Source: Polyangia bacterium (GTDB lineage: Bacteria; Myxococcota_A; Polyangia; JAAYKL01). From it: a DNA stretch of 20,230 nt. Location: contig JBNKCR010000044.1 of the NCBI GenBank assembly GCA_050287845.1, positions 1 through 20,230 on the forward strand. The letters run 5' to 3'. Position 1 is the first letter of the stretch, and the number at the start of each line of letters is the position of its first letter. Shown here in pieces: positions 17,407 through 20,230 of the stretch. The translations under genes and the position numbers were made by a program. The notes under the pieces are model-generated. The model was not told the DNA's origin. It did not search any database and was given only the letters and a program-made list of their open reading frames with translations.

Positions 17407-19653
17407 ATGAAATATCTATTTGTATTATCTCTATTATCATTAATAGCGGCTTGCGGCACAGAGCCGACTGCAACGAAACCGATGAACTTCAACGACATGG
17501 ACTCGGACAGCGATTCTGATAGCGATTCGGACTCGGATAGCGATTCCGATGGCGATTCAGATTCTGACAGCGACTCTGACAGTGATTCGGACACCGACAG
17601 TGACAGCGACACGGACAGCGATTCGGATTCAGACAGTGATACGGATAGCGATTCGGACAGTGATTCTGATACCGACAATACTCCCAACTCGGTTTGCGAC
17701 AATGTTTCATACGAAGTGCTGGATGGGGGATATGTGTGTGCGGGTGCCATTCACGGGTACGCATGGCCGTCTTCCGGAGAAGTGGACGGCGCTGAGATAG
17801 ATCCGGAAACTTTTGGGACCTTGGTAGCAGGAGATGAGCTTTGCATCAAGGGAAATACCGCGTCGGATTATTCTTCGGTAGGTATTATCGGGTTGAACGC
17901 CTGGCAGAATATCGGGGAGAAAAAACGGGGCGAATGGGAGCTGACGAGTGATAATGATGGTATCGATGTCACCATTAACAAAAATGGCTCATTTATCGTT
18001 CGGCTTCAGGTGAAAACGGCGGACGGAGATGAGTACTGCACCGTAATTGATGATGGTTCGAACAGCGTGAAATGGGATGATTTGACAGAGGCATGCTGGG
18101 AATCTGGTGGCGCCGAGTACAACGGACGCGATGCCCTTGACTCGGTTATGTTGATTGTTCCCGGCAACGAAGCTGGAGACATTGATTACGACTTCTGCCT
18201 CGAAGAACTGATCGCCACCGGTGGTGAAGAAGTGGTCGTAACCGATTCCGATTCCGACACCGACACGGACACCGACACCGACACGGACACCGACACCGAC
18301 ACGGACACCGACACCGATACTGATTCGGATGCGGATGGCGACTGGGATGAGACACTCGGTGGATACCATATGCACGGTGACTGGGCTGGATTTGCCTTTA
18401 CATTTGCTACCGGAGATTCAACGATTAGTCCTGACGATTTCCTGGACATGGAAGACGATGGACCTTACTGCGTTAAAGGGTCACAAAAAGGCGATGCCGA
18501 TTACATGAATATTGCTGCGGTCGGTTTCAACGTTAACCAGCCCAGAATTGAAGATGCTCCGACCTTGAAAGCTTCCACCTCTGGTGATGGCCTGATGCTG
18601 AACGTGGACAATCCCGGTGGTCAGGCGCTTCGCGTGCAGATTGAAGACGGTACAGACCCTGACGATCCGGATGCGGCAGAACATCGCTGGTGTGCGAATC
18701 TCGCTGACTATGGTGAGGACGTTGTTCTGAGCTGGGATGATTTTTCCAATTCCTGCTGGGAGACAACCGACGAGAAAAAAGGAAATACGTTTGACCCCAG
18801 CACAGATATTGCCAAAATCATCATTTTCGTTCCCAATAGCGGTACCGTGGGTGACGATGAATCATACGATTTCTGCGTGAACGATATTGGTCCCGATAAT
18901 ATTACGTACCGCGGCGAAGGCAGTCTTGTGGGCTCTTGTGGGGAAAGCATCAGTTGGCCAAACAGTAATTTGGGCGGAACAGATAGTATTTTAAGCAGCA
19001 ATGGCGCATACGGCGCACAGGCGAATGGATGGAGTATGGATGGCGGAAGTATTTCCATCGGCTTGAAGAACTCCGTTGGATTCTCTGTGGATTCCCATAG
19101 TTGTGATAAGACGGACCCGGAAGGACCGCCATGTTCTTTCCCGTCAGTCTATCGGGGTGTTCGTTACGGTGGCACCAATACCACTTCGAGTGGCGGGTTC
19201 CCGAAGCAAGTTAGCGCGATCTCGAGTATTCCCACATGCCTTGGCTGGTCTGCAGGCTCGGGTAGTGGGTACAATGTGTCGTTTGACGTATGGTTTGCCA
19301 GCAGCTCTGGTGCCACCACGGCTGAGAAATTCCTGATGCTCTGGTTCAAAATGCCCGACAAGTGGAGTCCAGCTGGCGGTATCCCAGAAGCCAACAGTGT
19401 GCCCATTGGCAGTTATACATGGACGCGATTCTACGGGAAAAACACTGATAATCAGAATGTGACAACCTATTATCGATCTAATTTCGCCGAAGGCGATGCA
19501 TACTCCTTTGATTTGAAGGATTTCATCGACGATGCGGTCGAAAATGGGTACATCAGTGAGAGCGATTACCTGATTTCCGTGATGGGTGGCCTTGAGATCT
19601 GGGCCGGCGGTGAAGGCGCCAGCATTGATAGCTTCAGCACAGAAGTGAAGTAG
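17407..19653 (+). CDS. Modular surface lipoprotein: (DS)n linker, domain A1, (DT)n linker, domain A2, GH12-like C-terminal domain
   Basis: GGAGG RBS; lipobox IAA-C; two homologous Cys-containing domains; C-terminal GH12 motifs [54 protein letters not shown]. Confidence 0.8.
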   Translation: MKYLFVLSLLSLIAACGTEPTATKPMNFNDMDSDSDSDSDSDSDSDSDGDSDSDSDSDSDSDTDSDSDTDSDSDSDSDTDSDSDSDSDTDNTPNSVCDNVSYEVLDGGYVCAGAIHGYAWPSSGEVDGAEIDPETFGTLVAGDELCIKGNTASDYSSVGIIGLNAWQNIGEKKRGEWELTSDNDGIDVTINKNGSFIVRLQVKTADGDEYCTVIDDGSNSVKWDDLTEACWESGGAEYNGRDALDSVMLIVPGNEAGDIDYDFCLEELIATGGEEVVVTDSDSDTDTDTDTDTDTDTDTDTDTDTDSDADGDWDETLGGYHMHGDWAGFAFTFATGDSTISPDDFLDMEDDGPYCVKGSQKGDADYMNIAAVGFNVNQPRIEDAPTLKASTSGDGLMLNVDNPGGQALRVQIEDGTDPDDPDAAEHRWCANLADYGEDVVLSWDDFSNSCWETTDEKKGNTFDPSTDIAKIIIFVPNSGTVGDDESYDFCVNDIGPDNITYRGEGSLVGSCGESISWPNSNLGGTDSILSSNGAYGAQANGWSMDGGSISIGLKNSVGFSVDSHSCDKTDPEGPPCSFPSVYRGVRYGGTNTTSSGGFPKQVSAISSIPTCLGWSAGSGSGYNVSFDVWFASSSGATTAEKFLMLWFKMPDKWSPAGGIPEANSVPIGSYTWTRFYGKNTDNQNVTTYYRSNFAEGDAYSFDLKDFIDDAVENGYISESDYLISVMGGLEIWAGGEGASIDSFSTEVK
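17500..17676 (+). repeat. Asp-Ser dipeptide coding repeat (about 29 dipeptides, with synonymous codon variation)
   Basis: GAY-TCN/AGY hexamer repeats with occasional ACN or GGC substitutions. Confidence 0.95.
18244..18336 (+). repeat. Asp-Thr coding repeat containing a perfect 18-bp tandem array
   Basis: (GACACCGACACGGACACC)x3 at 18256-18309 plus a partial copy. Confidence 0.95.
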
Positions 19654-19918
19654 TTTCCCGCTGAGATTTCAATCTTCTACCTCTTTTCATTCCCCTTTTT
19701 CTCACAAACTTGAGTCATATATTGGTGCTGACCGAAGAGCCGTAGCCTCCTTGCAATTCTATATCTTTCCAGTCGGATAAATGGAGAGAATAAAGGGGGC
19801 ACAAATAGCCTGCAGCTACTTATCGGGTTGGTCCGGAAGTCGCATTGGGACAGAATTACCTGGTATACTGCCGGAAATTGTCGCTCGGTCGGTGACCTGC
19901 CGCCATGCTCAGTTGGTC

Positions 19919-19942
19919 GCCGGGCATAGCGCCCAGCCCTAC
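19919..19942 (-). repeat. Solitary GTAG-type REP-like palindrome (second sequence family)
   Basis: Reverse complement GTAGG-GCTGGGC-gctat-GCCCGGC: GTAG tetranucleotide followed by a GC-rich hairpin. Confidence 0.5.
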
Positions 19943-20018
19943 AATAGCTGTCTCGTGGCTGGATCTCATTCGCAATACGATCGTCAAATGCTGCAAACCC
20001 AAAATGAAACAGATAAAT

Positions 20019-20090
20019 GTAGTTGCGGGGTTTATCCCCGCTTCCAAACCCTGGTGCAACAGTGCTAAGCGGGGATAAACCCCGCAGCTA
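20019..20090. repeat. REPIN-like doublet of inverted GTAG-type REP sequences
   Basis: GTAGTTGCGGGGTTTATCCCCGCTT (20019-20043) and AAGCGGGGATAAACCCCGCAGCTA (20067-20090) are reverse complements at 23/24 nt with a 23-nt spacer. Each contains its own GCGGGG/CCCCGC hairpin. Confidence 0.8.
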
Positions 20091-20230
20091 GTGCGCCGGG
20101 CATGGCGTGCAGCGCCGGAGATTGGCGCTGGATAACCGGGGAGCGAAAGCGAACCGGAAAGTGACTTGGAGGTGAAAGTCCTCTGGAGGTTTAGATGACG
20201 GGATCTCTTAGCCGAACAGCAACTGCGTAC
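20091..20230 (+). mobile_element. 5' end (domain I, partial) of a group II intron, class C-like; truncated by the window edge
   Basis: Begins with the GUGYG consensus: GTGCGCCGGGCATGG. Contains GAGGTGAAAGTCCTC and TTAGCCGAACAGCAA, which parallel in order the IIC domain I motifs as I recall them from the Oceanobacillus iheyensis intron (GUGUGCCCGGCAUGG...GGGUGAGAGUCCC...UUAGCCUAACGCAA). Lies 5 nt after a stem-loop. Domain V and the RT ORF are not visible in the window. Confidence 0.8.

Noticed and set aside
18256..18315. Short direct repeats considered as a possible CRISPR array
   Set aside because: Tandem with no spacers, in frame within a CDS, and no cas genes.
17385..18449. Antisense and alternate-frame ORFs with (SE/SL/SV)n, (CR/CP)n and (VG)n repeats
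   Set aside because: Shadow frames of the DS/DT coding repeats.
19691..19799. Imperfect long-range inverted repeat CCCCTTTTTCTC / GAGAATAAAGGGG
   Set aside because: Low complexity and gapped, with no convincing internal structure or target-site duplication.
19781..20068. 95-aa ORF (and the opposite-strand 67-aa ORF)
   Set aside because: No recognisable motifs, and both run through REP palindromes; probably spurious.
20019..20090. Resemblance of GTTTATCCCCGC / GCGGGGATAAAC to the type I-E CRISPR repeat
   Set aside because: Only two copies, in inverted orientation, with GTAG ends and no spacer array or cas genes; a REP doublet fits better.

Overview
Bacterial chromosomal segment. The protein styles suggest Deltaproteobacteria/Myxococcota (inference): a PilZ-GAF protein, a large OmpA-domain barrel protein, and Cys-rich lipoproteins with Asp-rich linkers. 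Left to right it holds two uncharacterised minus-strand lipoproteins, a Zn-dependent alcohol dehydrogenase, a tRNA-Val/tRNA-Asp pair, parA-parB, a lipoprotein, a PilZ+GAF protein, an LCP-family protein, a small acidic lipoprotein, a large OmpA-domain protein, gltX, a CPBP intramembrane protease, and a modular (DS)n/(DT)n lipoprotein with a duplicated domain and a GH12-like C-terminus that appears to lack the canonical nucleophile. The most striking signal is non-coding and lies at the far right. A pair of inverted GTAG-type REP palindromes (20019-20090) is cut at its last nucleotide by what looks like the 5' end of a class C-like group II intron (GTGCG at 20091, running off the window). This suggests a retroelement homing into a REP hairpin. 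All calls come from reading the sequence only; no database searches were run.
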